From Zancudomyces culisetae HAW-14-8 (taxonomy: Eukaryota > Fungi > Kickxellomycota), in NCBI GenBank assembly GCA_052426225.1, contig JBNJNM010000021.1:2294001-2358000 (forward strand): a stretch of 64,000 bases of DNA, written 5' to 3'. Positions within the stretch are counted from its first letter, which is position 1. Each line of letters starts with the position of its first letter. The translations under genes and the position numbers were made by a program. This document shows positions 24,168 to 36,844 of this stretch, in pieces. The notes below the pieces were generated by a model, which was not told where the DNA came from, made no database searches, and was given only the letters and a program-made list of their open reading frames with translations.

Positions 24168-26285
24168 ATGATTTCTATAATATTGGTCTGCGCCGTCTGC
24201 TGCCTCATAACGACTATATACCTACTTGGTAGATACGGAGATTTTAGCAGGTTCAATTTTCTAGTATGGTTTTTAGTAGAACTCGGTTGGTTTTTGCCTT
24301 CTACGGTGATATTTTTGCTTCCTTTCGATATAAGTTCGGTAAGTATATGGAAAAAGGAAAATAATCGCTGTACATGTGAACATTTGAAATTTAGCTATAA
24401 ACTCAACAACATACACAAATCGCGAATAGAGTATATACAGGAATTGCGATGGTAACTGTGAGAAACCATGGGGCTATCTGAAACTAGATCATTTCCGTCA
24501 AATTTGGAGAATCGTTTATTGGATGATATTTGTATTAACATGGTATGTGTACTTTTTTTTGTATAGCTTTGTTCCCTCTTGAACTTTTCACCTTTGTGCA
24601 TTCTTGATAATTTCTCTATAGTGTTTAATTATTCTAATTTGGTGGAGAAACTTAATAGTAATTATTTATCTAACGCACTAGAGCATTAACATTAATGATA
24701 TATATATATATATTCACATATATACAGGCTAGTTCTTCCGCTATTAAAAGAATATGTAGACTCTGGACACCTTGCATACGTGGATAAAATTAAAGATTCT
24801 TTCAAGATTAACATAAAGTATTACTCATATCTGTTGGTGATTATTATACTACTTGTAGTTTTTTTAATAATCGAGGGTCTACTAGAATGGTAAGTGTGTT
24901 ATATTTGTCTTTATTTTCTGTTAGATTTAAATTTCATCCATGTTTTTTATTATCTTTTTTTTGTCAGAAAAAGCAAAAGAATTGCACACATTTTGAACTT
25001 GGATACTGAATAATCTATTCTTAATAGGAAAAATTTAACCGCTGTTTCCATGGCAGTGGCAAATTTGTGGGGAATGTTCATGATTGTAGGTTTTATGGGT
25101 GTTGGGCTGGTAAACATCCCTCGAAAGATCTGGATGAGATCAAATATTGAACTAGAAATATTAGAAGTAGAGGCTCGTGCGTCTGAGTTAAAGGATAGAT
25201 ATCATGATACTGAAGCAAAAATATCCGAGTATATACAGGAATTTGAAAGGTTTAGCTTGAGAGCCCATCCAACTGATCCTGAGTACCCATACTGCGTAAT
25301 AATTAAACAAGAAAACCATGAGACTATAAACAAATATGGTAGATGTGCCAGTATGGGAAGAAACGAATGGGTAGAATCAAGTGGTCAAAACTATCATTCA
25401 CATCCTCAGAGTAGAGACGACAAGGCAATTTCGAAAAATCTTACAAAACTAGCTAAAATAAGAAGCAAACTCGTTTATAGAAAGCTAAAACTAAAGTATC
25501 TGACACGTGCTATCAAAGAAAATACTAATGCAGCTCTTCTCCTACAGGATATCAGAGAATCCAAACAAAACAACTTGCGCTATGTTCAAAGCTCAGTCCC
25601 CTTTATTGCCAGATGGCCAATGTGGCGAAGAAAAGCAACATTCTTCTGGTATCTTTATATAAGAACATATCTATATAAAATTGCATCTGTTTTTCTGGGC
25701 TTACTCGGTGTCCTGATACTACAATCGGAATTTATATTTACCATAAGTCCTGATTTCACATTTATAAGTCTGCTGTTTAATAACGTCTTTACCACTGACT
25801 ACTTTGTTATTGAATTGCTGTCTGTTGGACTAGTACTTTATATGTGTATTAGTATCTATTTGTCTGTCACAAATTTAAAGCTATTTGGCATAAAAAGTCT
25901 TCGACACGCTCACAGCACTACGACAGGAGCACTAGTCATCTGTGGAAGTCAACTTTGCAGACTCCTGATACCACTGTGCTATAACTTTCTCGCTATTTCA
26001 AACATCAATGAAGGGACAGGGTTTTTAGCTATTATGGGAAAAATCAACGCTGTTCCCATCCTTGGTATTGCAATCAATCAGTACATTCCGTTTATAGTTC
26101 TTTTGCCTGCCATTCTTACTTATACTAGAGCTTATGGAAGGATTGCCTCGTTGTTTAAGCCGGATGTTGACAGAAGACCTGACCTATCATTACTATCTCA
26201 GCCTTCTGAAAGCGTATACGAGGGAAGAATCTTAATTTCGCGACAAAGGGCCGCTTTGGAAAGAGGTCAAGAACCCATCGTATAG
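24168..26285 (+). CDS. LMBR1-domain membrane protein (LMBRD2-like, 4 exons)
   Basis: Multi-TM protein with LLPFDISS, WRIVYWMIFVLTW-LVLPLLKEYVDSG, ANLWG...MGVGLVNIPRKIW and LCRLLIPLCYNFL. Exons join by GT-AG introns. Confidence 0.85.
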
Positions 26286-26983
26286 GTATTGTGGCATTGG
26301 CATAGATCTTTTTTTTCCGTTGGTTTTATGAATCACTTGATATAACTGCTTTGCATACAGCTGCTTTGTTTTTTCGCTTCTTTTTATACCTTTAATGTTA
26401 TACTTGATATTTTAGAATGCTGAACTGTTTAAATAGTACTTCTTAATTGCAATTACTTTTTGCCTATAATAGCTAACTAGAATCTATTACACGAATATAT
26501 GAAAAAAGTCTATTTAATGTTTAAAATGTGATTCGAGATTACAAGAGTATGAACATGGTTGGTCGTTCTGCTTTTAAAGGTGGGAGTGATTAAGTAAATG
26601 AAGGATTTTATAAACGCGTGTATAGTTTATTAACCTCCAATAAACAGTTACTTTTGTCGACCTTTCCATTTGTAGAATGGGAGACTACAATTAGTGATAC
26701 CGATTAGCATCAATAGTGTATTGTATTTAAACGTATCCATAAAACTCTAGCAATGACAATTCGCCCATCACACTCTAGCCAGCTTGGAATCTTTTCCAAC
26801 GGCGAGCTTAACGGCTTTTGGACTAGCGTATCACTTTCTGCATATGTTAAAATCAACAAACCCGCACTTTAACCAACACCATGCAACATGATTGTACTAC
26901 ATAGCTGAGTAGTAATGTTTTACTACCGCAACTTTTTATTATAAAAAAAAACAATAAATATATAAAAGAGGTCAAATCAAGTA

Positions 26984-28581
26984 TTAGAGCTTGTACCTGA
27001 AATCAGGGTGCTTATCATGAAGTAAAACCTGCTCATCCTCAGTTAAATGTGTGACATCAACTGGATGTGCATCCCTGTATTTGTTTTGGCGCCTATAATA
27101 CAAACCTAATCCCAAAGCTGAGATGATTGCCGCAGCCTGAGAAAAAATAAATACCATATTACCAGCAAAAAACTTGGGAGCATACGATTTTGTGTATAGT
27201 ACTGGTGCAATAATAGCTCCAATAACACCCATTCCCATCACAATAGCCATCACCACTAGACGTTTTGCTGTACCTCCCAAGTTTACAGATCCCCACGTGA
27301 CAATCAATGATGCATTTGCTACCCCACCAAATCCGGCAATGGTTAGTGATATTACTTTTGTAATACGGCCGCCAACAAATGCCAGAAATATAAAACCAAG
27401 CATATTTAAAGTGCAATTAACCGATATGAACGCAAAGTATGGTGCATGTTTAATTATTTTGACCCCAAGCAAAAGTACAATAAGTGCTGCAAATGGTGGA
27501 AGAGCAGACAAAACAAGCGATGCACCTTCAGAGTACCCGTTAGCATTTAAAATACTCGGTCCGAATATACCAATAACGCTGATGGGGTAACTTGAGGAAA
27601 AAGTCAGAATTGCGAGAGGTATGAGTCTGAAGTCATTTGCATCATGAAAAAACTGCTTAAAGCTTACTTTTGCCTTTGTTGCAAGTCCATGACTCTCTCT
27701 GAGACGACGTAATATCAACACCCTTTCCTCTTCAGTCAAGATTTTTGATGTTTCAGGTGTATCTAAGATTGTGAAGAAGGAGAATATTCCAACCAAAAGC
27801 GTGAGAATCCCCTCAAATAAGAATATCCTTCCATATTTAAAAATTGATTGAATCTATGTGATTAATAAGGCATTTATTGATGTATATGTTTGCCATTGCC
27901 ACCACATAGGCTACAATTTGTATTTTAACAATAAAAAAAAGTTAGGTTTGGTGTAAAAAGACTTACGGGGATTTCACTCAGACCGTATGCAAGCGGTCCT
28001 CCGATCATACCAGTGATTGGTAAGGCAGCATAAAACAAAAACATCCTTGGTGCAATTTCATCAATTGTATACCAAAAGGGAAGATATGTCACAACACCAG
28101 GTAGTAAACCAGCTTCCAGTGCACCCAAAACCAATCGGAGAGCAACAAAAGCCCATCCATTTTTGACAAAAGTGTGCAGCAGCGTGACTATAGACCAAGA
28201 AACCGAAATAAAGGCAAACCAGTAGTGTGGCTTTATTACTTTAACCATGTAGGTAGCTGGTAAATCAAAAACAAAAATTGCCACAGAAATTCCAACAACA
28301 GCAAGAGAAACTTGAGTATTAGTCATTTTAAGATCTTTTTGAAGCCCAACCACTAATGCTGACCCAATATTAGCTCTATCAATTGATGCTCCAAAGTACA
28401 AGAGTGTCACTGTGGGTATAATTAGTCTGTCAATTTTTCTCAGATATGCCTTTTTGATCTTTTCCTCCTCAGGAGTCAAGATTCGTTTAATATTTAGGTT
28501 TATCTTCTCATTCTTCTCCAACGACACCAGCTCGCCTTTTGCAATCGAGCTTTCCAAATCAGATATGCGTTTATCGATCAT
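26984..28581 (-). CDS. MFS transporter, anion:cation symporter (Dal5/Tna1-like; 3 exons)
   Basis: RKIDRLIIP...IDRANIGSA, RLVLGALEAG, WQWIFLFEG, C-terminal DKHPDFRYKL. Exons 28581-27967, 27910-27894 and 27827-26984 keep frame. Confidence 0.9.
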
Positions 28582-29798
28582 TTTTATTTGATAAACTCCT
28601 CAAAATAATATATGTCTTTAATCTTTATAAAAGTAACACTAGCAATGTGGATGCGTTGGAATCGTCAGAACTTGGTATTTATATCTAGAATCAAAAGTAT
28701 AACGACCAATAAACTTTTCGGTGTTTTAAAAATGTAGTATATACACTTGGTTGATGATTTACTTTCCAAGTTGTTTGTGCGTCTTAACTAGCTTGTCACG
28801 TGTTATTAGCAGTAAACCTAACTAAAAAAAATCAAGGAGTATGGCAAAAACTATCACAATGGCGATGTTTCATAAAAAGCCCGATAGTTTTGAGCTGAGA
28901 ATTATTGATGTTTTGATTTTTCCTAGATATTTTACTAGGTTTTATATGTTTAATCAATCTATTCTGAATACAAACGTTAATTCTAGTGATGGGGGAAATA
29001 TAGTTGGCAGTGAAGAGGAGCATGCAAAAGATTTGATGCGTCTGAGACCGCTAGTTTAGATCGAGGGGTTATGATACATGGGCTATTGATTTGGTAGATA
29101 TTTCACTGATGGTTAAATTTCATTTAATAATTTTATAAGCGGAAAATACTTGTTCAGTAAATAAATACGGTCTTAGTTTTAGAAATGTACTAGAATTGAT
29201 AATATGTTACATGAACTTTATTTTATCTCCATATTTTTTTTGTTTGTTGAGTAAATTAAAAAAATATCACATCAATAATAAACTCATTCAAAAAGAGTAA
29301 AAAAATTAAAAAAAACCACACAAAACTACAGAGATAGAATCGAATATAGTGTTAATCTAACTAATTCCTCCTCGTCCCTCTACGGCTAGCAACTTCATGT
29401 TCACCTTATGTTGAATCAAGAATAAAAAATAGTTTATCGTAAAGAACGATGCGGTGGATTGATTGATTTATGAGACGTGTATGCTGTTTAAATCTGAAGT
29501 GCAGCCGCCTGCATATTTTTTCTCAACTCGTAAATACCGCGTGTTACCTTGATTATCATTAATTGTCGCTCATTCTCATTATCAGTATGCCATCCTATTC
29601 CTGATCAAACCATTCCAATATGACGAAATACAAAACACCTTATTAGTGATGAAAAACAATATCCCTTTCACTATTATTAGCACATAGATTACCGACATAG
29701 TACCAATCAACCACACGTATCAATCACAATTTCATGTTTATCTGCAGGAAAAATCTGATTATACATCAATACACAGATCAAAAAAGTTATTAAAAACT

Positions 29799-30862
29799 CT
29801 AAAACAGTAAAACCAATACCAATGATAAGAATATCACTAATATGAATCCAGTGTTTTGTAAAGTAGTTGAGGTAGAATCCGGGCCACTAAAATTTCCATT
29901 GGTTAGTACACCAGTAATTGTTGAGTAATCAGGCGAGGGCCGAGCGGTTGTATTTAATAAGTACGGCCTTTCAAGCCCTGTGATATTTACAGTCCAGTCA
30001 ATGTAGCTGTATACATGAGTATAATAATTCGTTTTAGTATCTTCCGGAAGAACAATTGCATCACTCCCAGATTTACCTGTATTACTCGCAACACCAACAA
30101 GTAAATTAGCTCCATTATTCATGTATTTCAAGGGGCTTCCACTATCATCATACGCCGAACCTTTGCCATCCGTTACTAGTGTACAGACTAACTTTTTGTT
30201 GTTGTCAGGCCAGATGATATTAGCGTCTTTACAAACACTTGAAGAAGAAGGTGATTGTTTAGCTGTGTTTAGGTTGTTACTCGATATGCCTGACAGTCCA
30301 GCCAAAGTAAAACCCCAACCTGCTGTAACCAAATTCATATCATCTGTTTCATTTCCACTGTATATCGCTACTGATGTGAAAATATCTTTTAATACTGGAG
30401 AATCTAATTCAATAATTGCAATGTCATTTTTCAATGACTCGGGAGAAAACTCAGGATTATAATATACTTTACGTGCTGAATAATGAATACTGCAACCATA
30501 TTTTGTTGTTTCAATACCAATGAAAATATACAGTTGGTTAGGATCTTGCTTTAATTTGCCTTTCTTGTCTAAAAGGCAACTAGCTGCAGCTACTGCTGTT
30601 TGGTTAGATATTAGTGAAACACTGCAGCCTCTGGAAGAAATCCCAATGTACACGTTCATTTTTCCAATATATGGAAAATCTTCTCTCTTTGCTGACTCCC
30701 CATTTAGGAATCTCGCATTTTTAATAACATTACCTGCTCCGTTCTGTGGAGCGATAGTATTTGAGTCTACATTATCAACTGAGATAGCATGTGCAATAGC
30801 AGTACTTCCGAGTATTAGAACTGCAATAGTGTGTTGAAAAGTGATTTCTTACTCAATTTCAT
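29799..30862 (-). CDS. Trypsin-like (S1) protease homolog, probably catalytically impaired, with a hydrophobic GPI-like C-terminus and a frame break in the signal-peptide region
   Basis: DFPYIG, CSVSLIS...AVAAASC (His replaced by Ser), NDIAIIEL, AGWG, DDSGSPL, LVGVAS, YYTHVYSYIDW. The ATG at 30862 is out of frame with the body by one base. Confidence 0.75.
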
Positions 30863-30984
30863 TGCTTTTATTATTATACACTAGTTTTGTATTTGTCAAT
30901 TTTTAAAGAACTAAGAACAAGTGAAATTAGATATTTAATGAAGAGGTTCGGTTTATATAGTATCTTGTACATAGTCACAATTGA

Positions 30985-31434
30985 TTTTTTTTTTTTTTTT
31001 TTTTTTCGGTAGAAAAAAAATTTATTTAGAAAATAAAAAGTTCCTAAGAATAAAAACAATCTATAATCTAAACTCATCCTATTCCCCTTCGACTCTCTAG
31101 AGTCTCCGTACCCGATGGGCAATTGGTTCAAGGGGAGTGGGACTACACTAATGTCTTTCAACACTAGGTAGCGAGGTAAAAAGGTCTCTTTAAGAAACCG
31201 GGCTGTGGAAACCACTGCTCTAACGCAAGTGGCGTTTGGATCCCGAAGAATCCCAGGTAGTTTGAGCTTTAACTCCTCCCCCAGGAGTTTACCCACGATT
31301 TTCCTGCGAAGCTCAACACACTCGGAAATCGTGCTAGATAAAAAAGAACTATAAAAATCTATAAATTCGGTAAGTAAATCATTCCTAATTTCGTCCCATC
31401 TGCTGCAATCTAATAAGTAATGCTCAACTGTTTC
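30985..31434 (-). mobile_element. 5'-truncated non-LTR (LINE) retrotransposon 3' end, copy 1, with poly(A)22
   Basis: T22 at 30985-31006. Near-identical to the first ~430 bp after the poly(T) of copy 2, with several substitutions and indels. Confidence 0.9.
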
Positions 31435-32268
31435 TTTTTTTTTTTTTTTTTTTTCGGTAGAAAAAAAAATTTATTTAGAAAATAAACAGTTCCTAAAAAA
31501 TAAAAACAATCTATATTCTAAACTCATCCTATTCCCCTTCGACTCTCTAGAGTCTCCGTACCCGATGGGCATTGGTTCAAGGGGAGTGGGACTACACTAA
31601 TGTCTTTCAACACTAGGTAGCGAGGTAAAAAGGTCTCGTTAAGAAACCGGGCTGTGGAAACCACTGCTCTAACGCAAGTGGCGTTTGGATCTCGAAGAAT
31701 CCCAGGTAGTTTGAGCTTTAACTCCTCCCCCAGGAGTTTACCCACGATTTTCCTGCGAAGCTCAACACACTCGGAAATCGTGCTAGATAAAAAAGAACTA
31801 TAAAAATCTATAAATTCAGTAAGTAAATCCTTCCTAATTTCGTCCCATCTGCTGCAATCTAATAGGTAATGTTCAACTGTTTCTTTTTCTTCTTTCTTAC
31901 AGAACGGACATTTGGCTTTGTAATCTGGATCTATAAAACCCGAATTTGCTAATCTCGTGGCGGTCCAAAATTGACCTATTCGAATTCGACCTACGAAAAG
32001 AATGTGTTTCATGTACTGTGGAAAGGCCGCTTGTAAGTCGACCCAATTCCTTTGTCGGCCTGCTCCAACTTCCTTTATCCACTTTGTAATATTCGACTTG
32101 TCTTTCAACCTGTTGTTTATCTCGAGTGTCTCCTTAGTTTTTCTTACCTCTCCGGTTGGTGCATTGTCAATCTTGATCCTGTTGAATCTGTTAGACCACC
32201 TTGTGTACCCTGTGACCCAAGTGTCCTTCGAGTGTTTGAAGGGGTTCTGTATTAAGTCTGCTATCCAT
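31435..32268 (-). mobile_element. 5'-truncated LINE 3' end, copy 2, with poly(A)20; encodes the ORF2 C-terminus
   Basis: T20 at 31435-31454. ORF with CPFCKKEEKETVEHYLLDC (CCHC zinc knuckle typical of LINE ORF2). LINE-like coding sequence continues to WIADLIQNPF near 32268; that boundary is approximate. Confidence 0.9.
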
Positions 32269-32563
32269 GCATTAATAGTTTTTTCAACTTTTTTCTCATT
32301 ATTCCTTGTACTAAGCAGGGTTTAGACACACTTATTTTGTTACACATAACTTTATATATATTTGAGATTTTAAAAGTTTAAGGAATGTTATATGATAAAT
32401 AATAAATCCTATAAAATAACTGTAAAAGTAAAATATAGAGACAAGGTATCAAAGAAACAAATAACCATAAGTTAAGAAAACATGTTTTAAAAAAACATTT
32501 TTAGAGGGGAGGTGAGGAGAAATAGGAACAAAGACAGAGTAGAATAAATCAAGAACTAAAGAC

Positions 32564-33445
32564 TTAACTCAAACTTGGGAAAGCACTGGTGTCGTTGACA
32601 TTGAGGCCAGTTCCGCGTGGTCTTTGAGTGCGGGATCTTGGCTTCTCATCACGCTTTCCACCACGTCTTGGACGCTCAGGAGCAGCAAAGTGGGTTGGGA
32701 GTTCAAATGGAACCTTTTCGCGTTGTTGCTTTGAGGCTTTCTTTGCCTTTGATGAGGTCTTTGCGGCAAAGAAATCTTCTTCAGATCTAACAAGAACTGA
32801 AGATGCCTTCAATACCTTTGAGTCAATACCACCTTCGTTGGCCTTACGTACATCCTTTGACTCGACAAGTGGTGCTACAACCTTGGTTTGTTCTTTTCTG
32901 TATTCTTCAAGGGTCTTTGTAGTATCAACCTCAGCAGCAGGAACTTCTGCGACTTCTTGGTCAGCAGCGACATCCTTGGATTCTTCCTTTGCAAGGGCAG
33001 CGGCTTCTGATTGATCCTTGACAAGAGCACTGTCTTCACCAAGCCATCCAACCCTAGTCTTCTTCTCTGAATCTTCCAAACCGGTAGCTGAGTGACGGTC
33101 GAAAGGACGGCGAGAGCCTGCAGCTCCACCACGGCCACCACGACCACTCTTTCCTCTGAAACCACGGGAGTCACCACCTCTTGGTGCTGGTCTCTCAACA
33201 CCTTCACGGACTGCTGGTCTAGCACGGTCTCCACCTCTATAGGCAGCATCTCTGTTTCCACCTTGTGGTCTTCTTTGACCACCAGCTACAGACTTTGGAG
33301 CTTCTGGTGCAGCCTTTACTGGCTTGGTTTCTGTTGGCTTAGCCTTCTTGTCCTTGGAGGCCTTTACAGCGAAGTTAACTTCGGCATCCTGAACATCGTC
33401 CTGGAGAAGCTCGAAAGGGTTTCTTGTTGCGGTAGAGCTTGACAT
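32564..33445 (-). CDS. Stm1/HABP4/SERBP1-family RNA- and ribosome-binding protein
   Basis: NPFELL N-terminus, RGG repeats, RRPFDRHSATG, KTLEEY, RKANEG and C-terminal NVNDTSAFPSL. Confidence 0.9.
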   Translation of the reverse strand: MSSSTATRNPFELLQDDVQDAEVNFAVKASKDKKAKPTETKPVKAAPEAPKSVAGGQRRPQGGNRDAAYRGGDRARPAVREGVERPAPRGGDSRGFRGKSGRGGRGGAAGSRRPFDRHSATGLEDSEKKTRVGWLGEDSALVKDQSEAAALAKEESKDVAADQEVAEVPAAEVDTTKTLEEYRKEQTKVVAPLVESKDVRKANEGGIDSKVLKASSVLVRSEEDFFAAKTSSKAKKASKQQREKVPFELPTHFAAPERPRRGGKRDEKPRSRTQRPRGTGLNVNDTSAFPSLS

Positions 33446-35259
33446 CTATTGTTATTTATATCTGATGGTTATTTCTTGATCAATAATTACGTAATTCGAT
33501 TTAGAATTTTTCGTACAAACCACGTGATACCAAACAACAAAATCAGACACCACTTAGGGCAAATAAACGTTCTTGTTCTTTTTACAAACATCAATCACTC
33601 CCACAACACAAATAAAACGAAATAGTATCAACTAGATGATACCTCTCTCAACACCCAATACATACACCCAATCCCACCCGAAAACCAAGGTATCTGATAT
33701 AAACCGCCCCACTGATCTTCTATAGGAACACAAATACAACATCTTGAAGCTACGCCTTTGACCAAGCAACAGCAGTTTTCAGAGTACCTGTCCCGTGACA
33801 CAAAGCACGTTGCTAGTGATCTCTCAGCAGTTATCCACACATATGAGCTCTCTATTCTCAAACTCACCGTTTCGGCTATTTTTCAAAAATATACAAAGGC
33901 ATTTCTTTGGTTTTTTCCTCATCTAACCCACGCCTTGTACCTCTTTGTGTTTTTGGATGTCGAGTTTGTAAATAAAAAACCGAACCCATAACGTAGTGCA
34001 GTCGAGTAAACAACCTCTTCTAAATCACAATGCTATACTGTCGAAGATCATATACCTGCGCTTTATTGAGATGCAACGGTATAACTTAATCTCAAAATAT
34101 ATCCCCATTTTCTTGAAGAGTTGATTAATTACCGCCCTACGAATCCTCTTTTCTTTGTACTGTATATCCAATTTATCTTAAAATTCAGCAAAAATATACA
34201 CATACGTTGATGCACTTCAAGGTCAACCCATATTTTCGACGGGGCCTTTATTGTGTCTACAGTATCTTGTTTCCTCCGTTTCTTATGCACATTATTTCAG
34301 TCAAATAAAACACATACATCGTATTAAAAATCGCATTTACCTTTTAATATTCCTTTTTCCTCTAAAAGATTACTGAAAGATTCAATTTTCTGTTTTATCG
34401 TTTTATTTCGTTTTTTTTATTGCGCCGTTTTTACTCAATTATTTTCTCCTTTTGCCATTTTCCTTTTGATATTTTTAGTTTTTTTTATTCTCCATTGCGA
34501 TAATTCTGTCAAAACAAATAAAATCATCCGCAACAGATGACTGGCTAAAATGATGCATCGCTCTTTACTTTTTCTAATTACATTTTAGTTTTGTGATAAT
34601 ATTATCAGCACTTTCCAACATTGGTGCTGTGACTTTTATTTTCATTCAATCAGCTGCGAAAATTTGTCTGAACTGAAATTCATTTGTCTATTTTGATTTG
34701 TCAGTTTCTTTATATTTCTTCCCCTCCTCATTTCAGCTCGAAAAATCCAAATTAACACAACCTCCAAAAAAAAATAATAATAAATGTTTAGCTCAGCTCA
34801 GCTATGCCAATTATCAATCTCCGCCTTTTCCAAAACAAACCTGCCACTTTGACATTTCAACTTTCATGTCTTTTTTTAGCCACAATGCGTTTCAGCACCA
34901 GCACAAGTGCTAATTTCGAAAGTTAATAGGTTCATAGGGTATAATTTAGCAGACACGGTCTTCCCAAAAGTATGGCACTAGAAAATGTATTTACCACAAA
35001 TAACCACTATTTTGCGCGTATACACGTTTCTATTTTCTTTCATTGTATTGCAGTATTCTTAGGCGAATAGCGAGGTATTTTTGATTCCTTCAAGTAATTG
35101 CATAAAATAGGTAAGACAGGATCTTATACACTTTGTAATTTTTTTTCTTCACAGTTTTATCCTGTGTATCTGTAAAGATAATATTCACAAACAGATAAAC
35201 CTGTACACTTAGACCATTACTAAGTATAAAAATAATACCAACAATAGCTACCATCCAGA

Positions 35260-36051
35260 ATGCGGCCCACATTAGCGTTAAACCTGATTTGCTTGTTACT
35301 AGTCAACTCTATACATTTTTGCATAGCTGATTCGTTATACTCACGAGCAGATGTGGTCGAATTAACACCAAAAAACTTTGATTCTCTGGTCCACAAAAGC
35401 CCCTACCCCGTTGTCGTTGAATTCTACGCTCCATGGTGCGGACACTGCAAAAGCTTAGCTCCGATCTACAAAAGCGCTGCAAAATCAGGTGCTTCGCATG
35501 TAAAACTATACGCCGTGAATTGCGACGACCAAAATAATCGATCCTTGTGCAGTAAATATGGTATTCAAGGATTTCCAACTCTAAAAGGCTTTTTCGCTTC
35601 AAACGATAATGAGGAAAAGATACCTATTGATTACAATGGTGCACGAGAATCGAAAGCAATTCTAGATTTTGCTCGTACATATCTCAAAAGCAAGGTGAAA
35701 AGATTCAAGATTGAAAAACCCCAGGATGTCCAGGAAAAAATAAAAAAGTTTTTGACGCTATCCAATGCCCCAAATGTCTTATTATTTACTGATAAGAGCA
35801 GTATTCCAAACATGTGGAAGGGGCTATCAGTAGGGTATGGTGAAAGGTACATCTTTGGGGCAATCTTCTCACATCAAGAATCACTTGTAAAGGAATTTGG
35901 CGTTACCAAATATCCAACAATCATGGTTATCAAAAATGGGGACACAATTGATAAAGCTATTAGATATGAGGATGAGATGGATTACAGCTCAGTTGTGAAA
36001 TTTTTGAAGAAGTATGCCCTCCCCAAACAAATCAAGAAAGAAGAGCTGTAG
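35260..36051 (+). CDS. Protein disulfide isomerase (PDIA6/Mpd1-like)
   Basis: Signal peptide, VEFYAPWCGHCK thioredoxin motif, GFPTLK, ER-retention KEEL. Confidence 0.9.
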   Translation: MRPTLALNLICLLLVNSIHFCIADSLYSRADVVELTPKNFDSLVHKSPYPVVVEFYAPWCGHCKSLAPIYKSAAKSGASHVKLYAVNCDDQNNRSLCSKYGIQGFPTLKGFFASNDNEEKIPIDYNGARESKAILDFARTYLKSKVKRFKIEKPQDVQEKIKKFLTLSNAPNVLLFTDKSSIPNMWKGLSVGYGERYIFGAIFSHQESLVKEFGVTKYPTIMVIKNGDTIDKAIRYEDEMDYSSVVKFLKKYALPKQIKKEEL

Positions 36052-36844
36052 CTATAACACACGCTTTTAACATATCACTACTTTTTTTTTTGCGTCTCAA
36101 GTCTTTTTTATTTTTACAAGTCCCTGTTTTCGAGTGGAATAAAAAAAAGTTGTTGACAAGACGCGGTTGCTTCAATAGCTGCTGGTCTCACTATTACTTT
36201 AGCCGAAAGCACTATTTATCACAGTTACTTTGAACCTAAGTGAACTCGGTTCAGGTTCGGGTTCAGTTTCAAACTTTGGCTTTGGTTTTGTTAGTACTTA
36301 ATGACTCTACCCTGCTACTAAGAACTAGGTGAATACTTTTCCTTTTGGTGTGTACTACAAAAAAAACCTCCAGTTATCGACTTAACCTAGCACAACCGAT
36401 CCTCTTTTCTTTCTATAACCCCTAAACAACCAAGTAGATACTTGTTTTTTATCATTTGTGTTCAGCTAATTTTTCTCGAGTTCAAATTTATATAGGCGGT
36501 TTTTGGCAATGTTATACGAAAAGAAAAATAAAGCCAATTTTATCCACAAATGACTAGAAGCAGAAAAACTTCATTCCCGCCATAAAACTTACAAATTAAG
36601 CAATATTATATGTCTTTCAAAATTAAAAATAGTTTACTTAATATTCTATACTATTTTGGCTCCTCAATCTTTTTGTGGAAAACAAAGCTGAAATAACACT
36701 AAGCAGACGTAGAGGTAAGATGAGAAGCTGAAAACTCTCAACATATTATTCTTGACTAAATGTTTGTAAATTCTTAATCCGTTAAAACAGGTTGGTTTGA
36801 ATCACTTACAAATAGAAAGGAAACCAAAAACGTCGGTAACGAAA

